From an uncultured Ignavibacteriales bacterium (GTDB lineage: Bacteria > Bacteroidota > Ignavibacteria > Ignavibacteriales > Ignavibacteriaceae), in assembly GCA_903843135.1 (NCBI GenBank), contig CAIMOS010000126.1, positions 17,201-81,200 of the forward strand: a stretch of DNA of 64,000 nucleotides, written 5' to 3'. The first letter of the stretch is position 1; every line of letters starts with the position of its first letter. The notes beneath the pieces were generated by a model. That model worked only from the letters and a program-made list of their open reading frames with translations. It ran no database searches and was not told where the DNA came from. Of this stretch, positions 29,536 through 38,087 are shown one piece after another. The position numbers and the translations under genes were made by a program.

Positions 29536-30111
29536 GTGACTGAAATCATCCCGCGCTGGGAATGGCGCACGTTTACAAACGATCTCGGCATTGCCGAAGC
29601 AAATATCAGGATGCATCCTGAGAGCAGGTCCCGTGAAAGCGATGAAGTTTACATTCTGTCGGAAGTAAGCCCGGATAACACGAAAATACGTAACGATATG
29701 ATGGACGTCAAAACTCTCCGGCAGGTAAATGAGGACCGCCTGGAACAATGGTTCCCCTCGATGAAAACCGCTTTTCCGCTCTCCGTGGAAGATATCATTA
29801 AAGTTTTTGAGTGCTTCAGGGTTGCTGTTCCCCATCTTGACCGTGATGAATACAGCAGTACTCAGTTCCTCGATGAGATCCTGCCGCAATCTAAATTATT
29901 AAAAGCAGTAACAGTTCATAAATCGCGCACAGGTTTTTCGATCAATGACTGTTCAGTTGAGATAGCCGAGATCAGGACGGAGGGGAAGGTTATCAAAACC
30001 GCAGCTGTTGAAATGGAAGAGCCTGAACAGGTAATCGAAACAGTCCGGGAACTTAAACTGGATGTTTTCCCGAACATAAATTATTTACGCGGACTGCAAA
30101 AACTTTACTGA
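29536..30111 (+). CDS. Divergent CYTH-like (triphosphate tunnel fold) protein, copy 1
   Basis: 191 aa with a GTG start. It shows an alternating charged/hydrophobic beta-strand pattern. The N-terminal strand RWEWRTF sits where CYTH has ExExK, and the C-terminal K.R.GF.I....VEIAE......K.AAVEME resembles the closing strands of the CYTH tunnel. It is a paralog of 34629..35213. Confidence 0.55.
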   Translation: MTEIIPRWEWRTFTNDLGIAEANIRMHPESRSRESDEVYILSEVSPDNTKIRNDMMDVKTLRQVNEDRLEQWFPSMKTAFPLSVEDIIKVFECFRVAVPHLDRDEYSSTQFLDEILPQSKLLKAVTVHKSRTGFSINDCSVEIAEIRTEGKVIKTAAVEMEEPEQVIETVRELKLDVFPNINYLRGLQKLY

Positions 30112-30129
30112 ATAAAAAAGGACCCTTTT

Positions 30130-30597
30130 ATGGCGCAGGAGATCGAGAGAAAATTTTTAGTTAAAGGTGAATTCAAACATCTCGTAAATAAGTCTGTAAG
30201 GATCGTGCAGGGATACCTCTGTTCGGTACCGGAGAGGACCGTCCGCGTACGGATCAAAGGAGATAAAGGCTATATCACAGTCAAAGCCCTTGGGAACAGC
30301 AGCGGAATTTCCAGATATGAATGGGAGAAAGAAATTCCGGTTGGAGATGCTGAAGAACTGCTCAAAATTTGTGAACCTGGTGTAATCGACAAAGTGAGGC
30401 ACCTTATAAAATCAGGCGAACATATTTACGAAGTCGATTTATTCAACGGAGAAAATGAAGGGCTGACACTGGCTGAGATCGAACTTTCCGCCGAGGATGA
30501 ACATTTCGAAAAACCGGAATGGCTCGGTGAGGAAGTTACCGGAGATCTCAGGTATTACAATGCAATGCTGGTGAAGAAGCCTTACGGCAAGTGGTGA
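30130..30597 (+). CDS. CYTH-domain protein (triphosphate tunnel metalloenzyme, inorganic-triphosphatase-like), copy 1
   Basis: 155 aa. The canonical N-terminal EIERKFLV (ExExK) is present, followed by R.R, E.E.E. and LAEIEL strands. Size and layout match bacterial TTM/NeuTTM-type enzymes. Confidence 0.85.
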   Translation: MAQEIERKFLVKGEFKHLVNKSVRIVQGYLCSVPERTVRVRIKGDKGYITVKALGNSSGISRYEWEKEIPVGDAEELLKICEPGVIDKVRHLIKSGEHIYEVDLFNGENEGLTLAEIELSAEDEHFEKPEWLGEEVTGDLRYYNAMLVKKPYGKW

Positions 30598-30610
30598 AGT
30601 TAACCGGCGG

Positions 30611-31954
30611 TCAGTTCCTTGTCTTCTCGAGTTTGCTGTTCAATGTCGTGCGGGGGATTCCAAGAAGTTTTGCCGCCTGACTTATATTTTCGTTGCTCTT
30701 CTTAAGCGCCCATTCTATTATTTCTTTTTCTCTTTCCTGAATATACTCTTCAAAAGGAGGGTAGGAATCCGGAGTTTTACCGGATAGATTAAATGCTAAC
30801 CTCGTTTCGGGAAAATCAAGCATCGAAAGATCGATTGAACCAAGGAATGAGAGTGCGATGATCCGCTGCACAATATTCTCAAGCTCCCTTACGTTGCCGG
30901 GCCAGTTATAGTTGAGCATCCGGGCATAAATCTCTTCAGTCACAAGTTTGAGTTTTGGTTCACCTCCGTACTTCCTGAAAAAATATTCCACTAGTACGGG
31001 AATATCCTCTTTCCTCTCGCGGAGCGGCGGGATTTTAAGCGGAATAATATTCAGCCTGTAATAAAGATCTTCACGGAACTCTTTCGATTCAACTTTCTTC
31101 TTCAGGTCAACTTTTGTAGCAGCGATGATCCGTACATCGATCCCAATATTTTCAGTGCCGCCGACTCTTGTCAGTTCTCTTTCCTGGATCACGCGGAGGA
31201 GTTTCACCTGCATTATCATCGGAATATCATCAATGTCATCTAGGAATAAGGTACCCTGATTCGCACGCTCAAAATAACCAGTGTGCCTTTTCAGCGCGCC
31301 GGTGAACGAACCCTTTTCGTGCCCGAACAATTCGCTTTCCAAGAGTGTTTCGGGAATACTGGAGCAACTAACTACAACGAAATTTTCATTTTTACGCGGT
31401 CCTGCCTGATGCAGCGCCCGGGCAACCAGTTCTTTACCGGTGCCGCTTTCACCTTCGATAAGTACCGTGGTATCGTTTTGTGCGATCTGCCTGATCATAT
31501 CTGTTAGTTTTTTCATTCCTGCGGAGTTCCCGATGATCATCCGGTTTTCAAGAAGGTCAATCCTTTTCTTTAATTCGATATTCTCTTCGAGGACAACCTG
31601 GAACTGTGTTATCTTCCGCAAGATGGAAATCAATTCTTCCGGGGAGAAAGGTTTAGTCAGATAATCATAAGCCCCGATCTTTAGCGCTTTAACAGCAGTT
31701 TCGACCGTTGCAAAAGCAGTAATAAGAATTACTTTGCAATCCGGTTTAAGAGTCATTACAGTTTCCAGAATTTCCATTCCGGAGAGTTTTGGGAGCCTTA
31801 GATCTGTGATTACAATTTCGGGCATCTCATTCCTGAATATTGCCAGGCCCTCTTCACCGTTTTCGGCAGCATACACGTCAAAACCTTCACTCTTTAAAGT
31901 GTTCGAGAGAGAGATGCGTGTTATTTTTTCGTCTTCAATAATTAAAAGTTTCAT
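30611..31954 (-). CDS. Sigma-54-dependent response regulator (REC + AAA+ + Fis-type HTH; NtrC family)
   Basis: The REC domain starts MKLLIIEDE. Walker A is GESGTGKE, and the GAFTGA-type loop is GSFTGA. ESELFGHEKG and the R-finger region are present, and the C-terminal HTH is ISQAAKLLGIPRTTL. The start is set at ATG 31954, one base after the HK stop. The longer ORF to 32050 overlaps the kinase. Confidence 0.9.
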   Translation of the reverse strand: MKLLIIEDEKITRISLSNTLKSEGFDVYAAENGEEGLAIFRNEMPEIVITDLRLPKLSGMEILETVMTLKPDCKVILITAFATVETAVKALKIGAYDYLTKPFSPEELISILRKITQFQVVLEENIELKKRIDLLENRMIIGNSAGMKKLTDMIRQIAQNDTTVLIEGESGTGKELVARALHQAGPRKNENFVVVSCSSIPETLLESELFGHEKGSFTGALKRHTGYFERANQGTLFLDDIDDIPMIMQVKLLRVIQERELTRVGGTENIGIDVRIIAATKVDLKKKVESKEFREDLYYRLNIIPLKIPPLRERKEDIPVLVEYFFRKYGGEPKLKLVTEEIYARMLNYNWPGNVRELENIVQRIIALSFLGSIDLSMLDFPETRLAFNLSGKTPDSYPPFEEYIQEREKEIIEWALKKSNENISQAAKLLGIPRTTLNSKLEKTRN

Positions 31955-31955
31955 T

Positions 31956-33413
31956 TCAGTTTTCAACCGGCAGATAAACCTTAAATGTTGTTCCCTTTCC
32001 GGGGGCGCTCTCGACTTCAATCTTGCCGTTGTGCGATTCGATGATGCCAAGACAAACAGATAGCCCGAGCCCGGTACCTATGCCAATTTCTTTAGTTGTA
32101 AAAAACGGATCAAAAATTTTCTTCAGAGTTTCGGGATCAATGCCTGAACCGTTATCACTGACTTCAATGAGAATTCTGCCGCCTGTAACTCCGGAAGTTG
32201 AAATTGTAATTGTGCCTTCTTTTTCAATAGCATCAAAGCTGTTCAGCAGAAGGTTCATTATTACTTCCTGGAAAAGATGGTAATCTATTTTGACGGGCGG
32301 TAAGTCTTTCCCATAATTCAGCTTGATTTGAAGTTTATTGTCCTTCAGGCGGTAATCAAAAAGCGTAACAACCTTATCAATTGATTCATTCACGTTTATC
32401 GTTGTTTCCGATTTTGACTGCTGGCGGGCGAAACCGAGAAGTTTTTTTACGACTGTCTCGATATTTTCGATTCCTTCATTGATAAGTTCAGAGTACTCTT
32501 TTGTCTGGACCACATTTCCCGGATCTTTTTTAATCGCGTAAAGACAGGACTTGATTCCGTTCAGAGGGTTGTTAACCTGGTGCGCCACACCTGAGGCAAG
32601 CCTCCCGATGGAAGCCAATTTTTCAGCCTGATAAACCTGTTTTTGTGCTTTCTCAAGATCAGCTTTTGAATTCTCCAGCCTTCTCTTCAGCAATCCGAAA
32701 TTATGATAAAGAAAACCTATCTCATCGTTTTGTACTGGAAGTGAAATGTCCCTGTCAGAAAAGAGATCGATCTTATCCATTTCAACTACAAGTTTCTCGA
32801 GGGAGTACGTAAGGTGGTTCACGGAGTAATAAAGTATCAGAAGGACAACCGAAGTAAGTATAATTGTAGATAATAACAAAATCAAAAAGAGGCTGCTTAT
32901 TTCGTCCCGTATAGGCTGCGCATCGAAACCAATTTTAATAGAACCCCAGTTCTTGCCTGAGAGCAGCATCGGCAGTGTACACTGAATTGTCCAGCCGGAT
33001 TCGGGGTGGTTAAAAATACTCACAACCCCGGCCTGTTCTTTCCCTTCATCAAATTTATCATCGTGCGGAGTGTTAATTCCGGTTCCGCTGACCGAGTGCG
33101 ATGCGATCGGAATAGCGTTCTGGTCGTAAACGGTGACGTATTTTACATTTTCGAGATGGTTAATAAAATCATTGATATATGTCTCAAGAATTTTCTCTTT
33201 CTGAAAAACGCTGTTCTGTTCAAAGATTAGCGCGTCAACGATAGTGACGGTAAAAGTGCGGCTTACCGCGTATGCATTCTCCGTCTCCTTGCTGATGATA
33301 ATATCGCGCCACTGAAGAAGTATAACAACAGAAATCAGAAGCATTAACGTAACAAGTACTGAACCTGTTGAAAACAGAATGCGTGTTTTTAGGCTTGACT
33401 TCAGTATAAACAT
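31956..33413 (-). CDS. Sensor histidine kinase with periplasmic domain (TM - about 150-aa ectodomain - TM - HAMP-like - HisKA - HATPase)
   Basis: 485 aa. The H-box is LASGVAHQVNNPLN (NtrB/AtoS style), the N-box is LLLNSFDA, and the G-boxes are DNGSGI and GTGLGL. Confidence 0.9.
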   Translation of the reverse strand: MFILKSSLKTRILFSTGSVLVTLMLLISVVILLQWRDIIISKETENAYAVSRTFTVTIVDALIFEQNSVFQKEKILETYINDFINHLENVKYVTVYDQNAIPIASHSVSGTGINTPHDDKFDEGKEQAGVVSIFNHPESGWTIQCTLPMLLSGKNWGSIKIGFDAQPIRDEISSLFLILLLSTIILTSVVLLILYYSVNHLTYSLEKLVVEMDKIDLFSDRDISLPVQNDEIGFLYHNFGLLKRRLENSKADLEKAQKQVYQAEKLASIGRLASGVAHQVNNPLNGIKSCLYAIKKDPGNVVQTKEYSELINEGIENIETVVKKLLGFARQQSKSETTINVNESIDKVVTLFDYRLKDNKLQIKLNYGKDLPPVKIDYHLFQEVIMNLLLNSFDAIEKEGTITISTSGVTGGRILIEVSDNGSGIDPETLKKIFDPFFTTKEIGIGTGLGLSVCLGIIESHNGKIEVESAPGKGTTFKVYLPVEN

Positions 33414-33420
33414 AACTGCC

Positions 33421-34383
33421 TCACTTACCTATCTGGCGCAGAATGTTGTAGTCGCTGTCCGAGGCTTCAACAAAACCGTAGATAAATTCGCTGTCCCATT
33501 CTTTCGTAATTATCTGATATGCTGGATTTCTGCCGTTAACATCCATAAGTGACTTTTTAATGGCACTCACTATGCTGGCATCGAAATTTGGGGCCACTAC
33601 TATCGGGGATGTCGGGATGGGGTCCGAATATAAAATAACTCTTATGGAATCCCTGTTCGGAAGATTTTTTACCAGAAACTCCCTTGTTACACCGGCATCG
33701 TAGTAACTGTTGTAGACCTGATATATAACGCTCTGGTGATGAGGGAAATTATCTGCGGAAGCAAGATCGGAGTAGTTAATGCCGTATTTCGGGAACTCGT
33801 GCCTGATAAGCCAGTTTGCCGAGAATGATTCTTTGGAAGGAAGCGCCAGCCTCCGGCCTTTAAGATCTTTGAGGTTATATAAGTTAGATGAACGTTTTGT
33901 AAATAGTACGGTCCTGGAGTAGGGTTCGAAATTTTCGTTCAGCGGCTTTAAAATCGGGAGTACGCCGTACTGTTTATGAGCGTCAAGATATACGTAGGAT
34001 CCAAGAAATGCGGCGGCGGTTTCACCGTTTATCAGCATCCGGACTGCCTCACTGTAATCTGTACTTAGTTTCAGTTCAAAACGGTAACCGGTTTTTGAAG
34101 TCATATAATTCAAAAGAGGCTGGTAACCCCTGTAGATTATATTCGGCGGGTAACGGGATATAACGCCGATATAGACGAGCGGCTTTTTCAGATCAGCTTC
34201 GCTCGGCGGGACAGCGGCATTGCTGACTTTATACTCCCCCGAAATATTGAGCGAATATTTGTAAAACAAAACAGTGAAGACAGATGCTGTTACAAACATC
34301 AGAATCAGCACTGTTACCAGTTTTTTTGTGATCATTTTAAGTCTGGAAAAATCAATTTTATTCAAATACATTGAAAATTCCAT
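33421..34383 (-). CDS. Membrane-anchored PhnD-like (phosphonate-type) periplasmic solute-binding protein, sensor partner of the kinase
   Basis: It has an N-terminal TM anchor followed by a PF12974-like pattern (IGVISRY.P......YQPL..Y......Y.FEL....Y...V..L..GE...AFLGS..Y). It lies 7 bp upstream of the HK gene. An alternative start is at 34335. Confidence 0.75.
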   Translation of the reverse strand: MEFSMYLNKIDFSRLKMITKKLVTVLILMFVTASVFTVLFYKYSLNISGEYKVSNAAVPPSEADLKKPLVYIGVISRYPPNIIYRGYQPLLNYMTSKTGYRFELKLSTDYSEAVRMLINGETAAAFLGSYVYLDAHKQYGVLPILKPLNENFEPYSRTVLFTKRSSNLYNLKDLKGRRLALPSKESFSANWLIRHEFPKYGINYSDLASADNFPHHQSVIYQVYNSYYDAGVTREFLVKNLPNRDSIRVILYSDPIPTSPIVVAPNFDASIVSAIKKSLMDVNGRNPAYQIITKEWDSEFIYGFVEASDSDYNILRQIGK

Positions 34384-34446
34384 ACCAAGATATTTTCATA
34401 GCTAATTGTCAATTTTTCGACGTTTGGTAACGATAAATTCAGGAAG

Positions 34447-34465
34447 TGACGATGAAAAGTCGTCA
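34447..34465. promoter_or_regulatory. Inverted repeat TGACGA-N7-TCGTCA, candidate binding site for the adjacent sigma-54 activator
   Basis: Read directly from the sequence. It is flanked by the direct repeat AAGTGAC x2. It lies in the divergent intergenic region, about 100-118 bp upstream of the TGGTAC element. Confidence 0.3.
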
Positions 34466-34564
34466 AGTGACTAAATTTCGTCATTTTACATATCTACAAT
34501 ATGACTTTTTCTGAAGAAAAGCAATAATTAACGGGCGAATATGGGCTTTTTTCCCGTGATATAG

Positions 34565-34579
34565 TGGTACGATAATTGA
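34565..34579 (+). promoter_or_regulatory. Candidate sigma-54 (-24/-12)-like element upstream of the nine-gene operon
   Basis: The sequence is TGGTAC-gataa-TTGA with correct GG-to-12 spacing. It shares TAATTGAA with the 5251 element. It has two departures from TGGCAC-N5-TTGC, including the -12 C. It sits 50 nt before ATG 34629. Confidence 0.25.
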
Positions 34580-34628
34580 ATTAAAATTGTGATTAAAAAC
34601 TAACAAATTATATATAAGGAAGTTCACT

Positions 34629-35213
34629 ATGGCCGAGATAATACCACGTTGGGAATGGCGCACATTTACAAATGATCTGGGTAAAGCTGAGGAAAACATC
34701 CGGAAGCACCCCGAAGGAAAAACCCGCGAAAGTTCTGAAGTCTATATTTTATCTGAAGTCAGTATGGATAATACTAAAGTCCGTGACGATTTAATGGATA
34801 TTAAAACTCTTCAGCAGGTAAACGAAGACCATTTGGAATTGTGGCTCCCCATAATGAAGGGCTCGTTTCCGCTTCCCGTGGCAGAGATCGAGAAGGTCTT
34901 TAAGTGTTTCAGAGTGTCCCTGCCAAAGTTCGAACGAACCGAATACACCTTCCGCCAGTATATCGATGAAGTGATTAAACCATCCAAATTATTAAGAGCC
35001 GTAGACGTTCATAAAAAAAGAACCGGTTTCACAATTAATAATTGTATCGTAGAGATAGCAGAAGTCACGGTCGACGGAAAAGTGATCAAAACAGCGGCGG
35101 TTGAGATGGAAGATCCCGCATTAGTGATAAAGACCGTCAGGGAATTAGAATTAGATACTTTCCCGAATGTTAATTACCTCCGCGGCCTGAAAAATATGGT
35201 AGGAATGAAGTAA
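34629..35213 (+). CDS. Divergent CYTH-like protein, copy 2
   Basis: 194 aa. By eye about two-thirds identical to 29536..30111, and the first 15 aa are nearly identical (M.EIIPRWEWRTFTNDLG). Confidence 0.55.
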   Translation: MAEIIPRWEWRTFTNDLGKAEENIRKHPEGKTRESSEVYILSEVSMDNTKVRDDLMDIKTLQQVNEDHLELWLPIMKGSFPLPVAEIEKVFKCFRVSLPKFERTEYTFRQYIDEVIKPSKLLRAVDVHKKRTGFTINNCIVEIAEVTVDGKVIKTAAVEMEDPALVIKTVRELELDTFPNVNYLRGLKNMVGMK

Positions 35214-35223
35214 GGATATAATT

Positions 35224-35703
35224 ATGGCAAATGAAATAGAACGTAAATTTTTAGTAAAAGGTGAATTTAAGAATCTCGTCAGCAAGTCGACCCGCATTGT
35301 TCAGGGTTATCTGTCATCGGTTCCCGAAAGAACGGTCAGAGTGCGCATAAAAGGCGATAAGGGGTTTATCACCATCAAAGGTATCGGTAATGCTTCGGGA
35401 GCCTCAAGGTATGAGTGGGAAAAAGAAATTCCGTCTTCAGAAGTTGAAGAACTGCTCAAGATATGCGAACCGGGTGTTATCGATAAGACGCGTCACCTGG
35501 TAATCAGCGGGAACCATACTTTCGAAGTTGATGAGTTCTACGGAGAGAACGAAGGCTTAACACTTGCAGAAATCGAACTTAGCTCTGAAACTGATTCATT
35601 TAATAAGCCTGAATGGCTTGGTGAAGAAGTTACAGGGGACACTAAGTACTACAACTCGATGCTGATGAAGAACCCGTTCAAAAACTGGGGAAAGAATAGT
35701 TAA
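35224..35703 (+). CDS. CYTH-domain protein (triphosphate tunnel metalloenzyme), copy 2
   Basis: 159 aa with the EIERKFLVKGEF start. By eye about three-quarters identical to 30130..30597. Confidence 0.85.
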   Translation: MANEIERKFLVKGEFKNLVSKSTRIVQGYLSSVPERTVRVRIKGDKGFITIKGIGNASGASRYEWEKEIPSSEVEELLKICEPGVIDKTRHLVISGNHTFEVDEFYGENEGLTLAEIELSSETDSFNKPEWLGEEVTGDTKYYNSMLMKNPFKNWGKNS

Positions 35704-35826
35704 AAGGTTAGAGTTAAGAGTGAAGAGTTGCCGGAGAAGCTGCGGGGACAATATGGCTGCATCAAAGGCGGCTCTTATAACTCTTAATGATTATTTCAGA
35801 GAAGCTATCAATCAGAATATTATTAT

Positions 35827-37422
35827 ATGACGCATTTTGATCCGCTCGATATGCACAATTACCGTATCGAGAAACTTCCTAAAAGAGAAAAGACAAAGGT
35901 CCAGAAAATACTCGCGGTTATCGGCCCTGTGCTTGCGGCCGCTGCATTTATTTTACTCAGCTACGTCTTTAAGTTTCAGTTTTTACAATCCATTAATCCC
36001 GCAGATCTTGTGTCGGATGCAGCGAAGGACGCTTTTGATAAAATAGGCGCCGAAGCCTTCAGCAGAAATAATCATATTATGCTTGGGATATTCACGGCAT
36101 CCATTATACTGTGGATGACGGAAGCGATTCCTAACTACCTTACGTCGCTGATACTAATAATAAGCCTGGTGCTTACAGGAGTTCTTCCGGAAAAGAACGC
36201 TTACGCGCAGCTCGGGCATACGGTTATGTGGCTTAATATAATGTCCTTTGTGCTTGCAAGTATGCTCGTTGCAACAGGGCTGGCAAAACGTTTCGCTTTA
36301 TGGTTGATAGTAAAATTCGGAAAAAACGCTAGTACCATTTTTATAAGCTTCCTCATTATAAATGTAATTCTGTCAGTATTTATTTCTGCCACGACTGCAA
36401 AGGCAGCAATATTGCTTCCTATTTTTATGGTTATCGCGGCCATTTACGGAGCTACCGGCGGTGAGAACAAAAACAAATTCGGAAGAAGCATCGTGCTTCA
36501 GAATTTGCTTCACATAAATATCGGAGCGAGCGGGTTCCTGACAGGCTCGGGCGCGAATTTACTTGCCGCGGCACTGATCGGCGGCGCTATCGGCGGAAAG
36601 ATATTTTTCTCTGACTGGATGATGGCGATGTTCCCCGTGATGCTTTGCCTGATGTTCCTGGGCTACATCCTGGCGCTCAAAGTGTTTTTCCCGCTCTCGC
36701 CGGAAGAAAGCGTGCCGCAGATTGAAGGCGGAATGCAGCGCCTGAAAGATGAATATATAAAACTCGGCAAGATGAGCCTGATTGAAATAAGAGCGGCAAT
36801 TATTTTTATTGCTATTCTGACTTTGTGGACAACGGATAAAATGCACGGTATCAGCCCGACCGCGGTTGCTTTTCTCGGAGCGATTATTGCACTGCTGCCG
36901 CGCATCGGAATTGTTAAATGGAACGATGTTGATATCCCCTGGCACCTGATGCTGTTTTCAGCAGGCGCGTATGCGCTGGGCGCGGGGCTGGACGCAACGG
37001 ATCTTCCTTTACTTTCGATTAAGTCTCTTTTTGACGCGCTTGGCATCGGCAGCGAAACACATTTCTCAGTGCTTTATCTTATCCTTACCGGAGTAATGAT
37101 CTTCAGCGCCGTCTTCTTCCAGTCAAAAACTATGCGCGTGATGATCTTTATTCCAATTGCGATCGGGGTTGCAAACCGTTTTGGGTTCAGTATAATAAGC
37201 CTTGCTCTCCCTGTTGCGTTTATGACAGAACACGTTTATGTATTGCCCTTTAACAGCAAACCTGCCGCTTTACTGTATGAAACCGGCCATTATACAATGT
37301 CTGATACATTTAAGTTTGGTTTCACAATTATGGTTGCTGCCTGGCTGCTAAATATAGTCGCCGGAGAAACCTGGTTCAGATTTTTAGGGATTACGCCAAA
37401 CGGCGTATTCGGTTTATTCTAA
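35827..37422 (+). CDS. DASS/SLC13-family anion permease (divalent anion:Na+ symporter superfamily)
   Basis: 531 aa with about 12-14 TM. Duplicated hairpin-type motifs are present (ISATTAKAAILLPI and a second-half equivalent), a layout typical of SLC13/ArsB-NhaD-fold permeases. Confidence 0.75.
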   Translation: MTHFDPLDMHNYRIEKLPKREKTKVQKILAVIGPVLAAAAFILLSYVFKFQFLQSINPADLVSDAAKDAFDKIGAEAFSRNNHIMLGIFTASIILWMTEAIPNYLTSLILIISLVLTGVLPEKNAYAQLGHTVMWLNIMSFVLASMLVATGLAKRFALWLIVKFGKNASTIFISFLIINVILSVFISATTAKAAILLPIFMVIAAIYGATGGENKNKFGRSIVLQNLLHINIGASGFLTGSGANLLAAALIGGAIGGKIFFSDWMMAMFPVMLCLMFLGYILALKVFFPLSPEESVPQIEGGMQRLKDEYIKLGKMSLIEIRAAIIFIAILTLWTTDKMHGISPTAVAFLGAIIALLPRIGIVKWNDVDIPWHLMLFSAGAYALGAGLDATDLPLLSIKSLFDALGIGSETHFSVLYLILTGVMIFSAVFFQSKTMRVMIFIPIAIGVANRFGFSIISLALPVAFMTEHVYVLPFNSKPAALLYETGHYTMSDTFKFGFTIMVAAWLLNIVAGETWFRFLGITPNGVFGLF

Positions 37423-37446
37423 CATTTATTAGGTTGAATTAAAAGG

Positions 37447-38085
37447 ATGTTTCTAAAAAAGACAAAGAAACTTGAGGCCCAGATTGATGAATATCTTGAT
37501 CTTGTCATCAAAGGCGGACTGGTATTCAAGCTCGGAATAAAATGCTATTTTGACGCCCAGCCTGATGACTTTGAAGGCCACTTAAAAGACCTCCGCAAAA
37601 TAGAAGAGCGCGCGGATGACCTGAGGCGGAACATTGAGATAAAACTCTACACGCGCACTTTAATTCCTGAGGCAAGGGGCGATGTGCTCGGTTTGCTCGA
37701 AAGCTGCGATAAAGCCCTTAATATAACCGCGGATACACTCCTGGAATTTTCAGTGGAAATCCCGAATCTGTTCCCTGAACTAAAATCTGATTTCCTTGAG
37801 ATTGCTGAGAGTTCAATCTCCTGCCTCGAAAACACTGTAAGCGGTATCCGCTCCTATTTCAAAAATATCGATGCTGTAAGAGACTATATTATTAAAGTGC
37901 AGTTTTATAAAAAGGAGACCAATAAGATTGCGGAAAAGATAAAGCGGACAATTTTCAGGTCCGAGCACGAACTTAGCAATAAGATACACGCGCGATATTT
38001 CGCATTTCATATTGAGAGGATCGCGGAACAGTCGGAAGATGTTTGCGATAAACTTTCTATCGCTATAATTAAAAGGTTCGAATAG
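37447..38085 (+). CDS. DUF47 / PhoU-like phosphate transport regulator (TIGR00153 type)
   Basis: 212-aa all-helical protein immediately upstream of PiT, with a 2-bp gap. This is the classical DUF47-Pit pairing. Confidence 0.75.
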   Translation: MFLKKTKKLEAQIDEYLDLVIKGGLVFKLGIKCYFDAQPDDFEGHLKDLRKIEERADDLRRNIEIKLYTRTLIPEARGDVLGLLESCDKALNITADTLLEFSVEIPNLFPELKSDFLEIAESSISCLENTVSGIRSYFKNIDAVRDYIIKVQFYKKETNKIAEKIKRTIFRSEHELSNKIHARYFAFHIERIAEQSEDVCDKLSIAIIKRFE

Positions 38086-38087
38086 AG

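Noticed and set aside
31955-32050. N-terminal extension of the sigma-54 response-regulator ORF (MASSNRTTARLK...) that overlaps the kinase gene by 95 nt.
   Set aside because: The receiver domain begins at MKLLIIEDE (ATG 31954), immediately after the kinase stop. The extension is Arg/Ser-rich out-of-frame read-through of the kinase 3' end.
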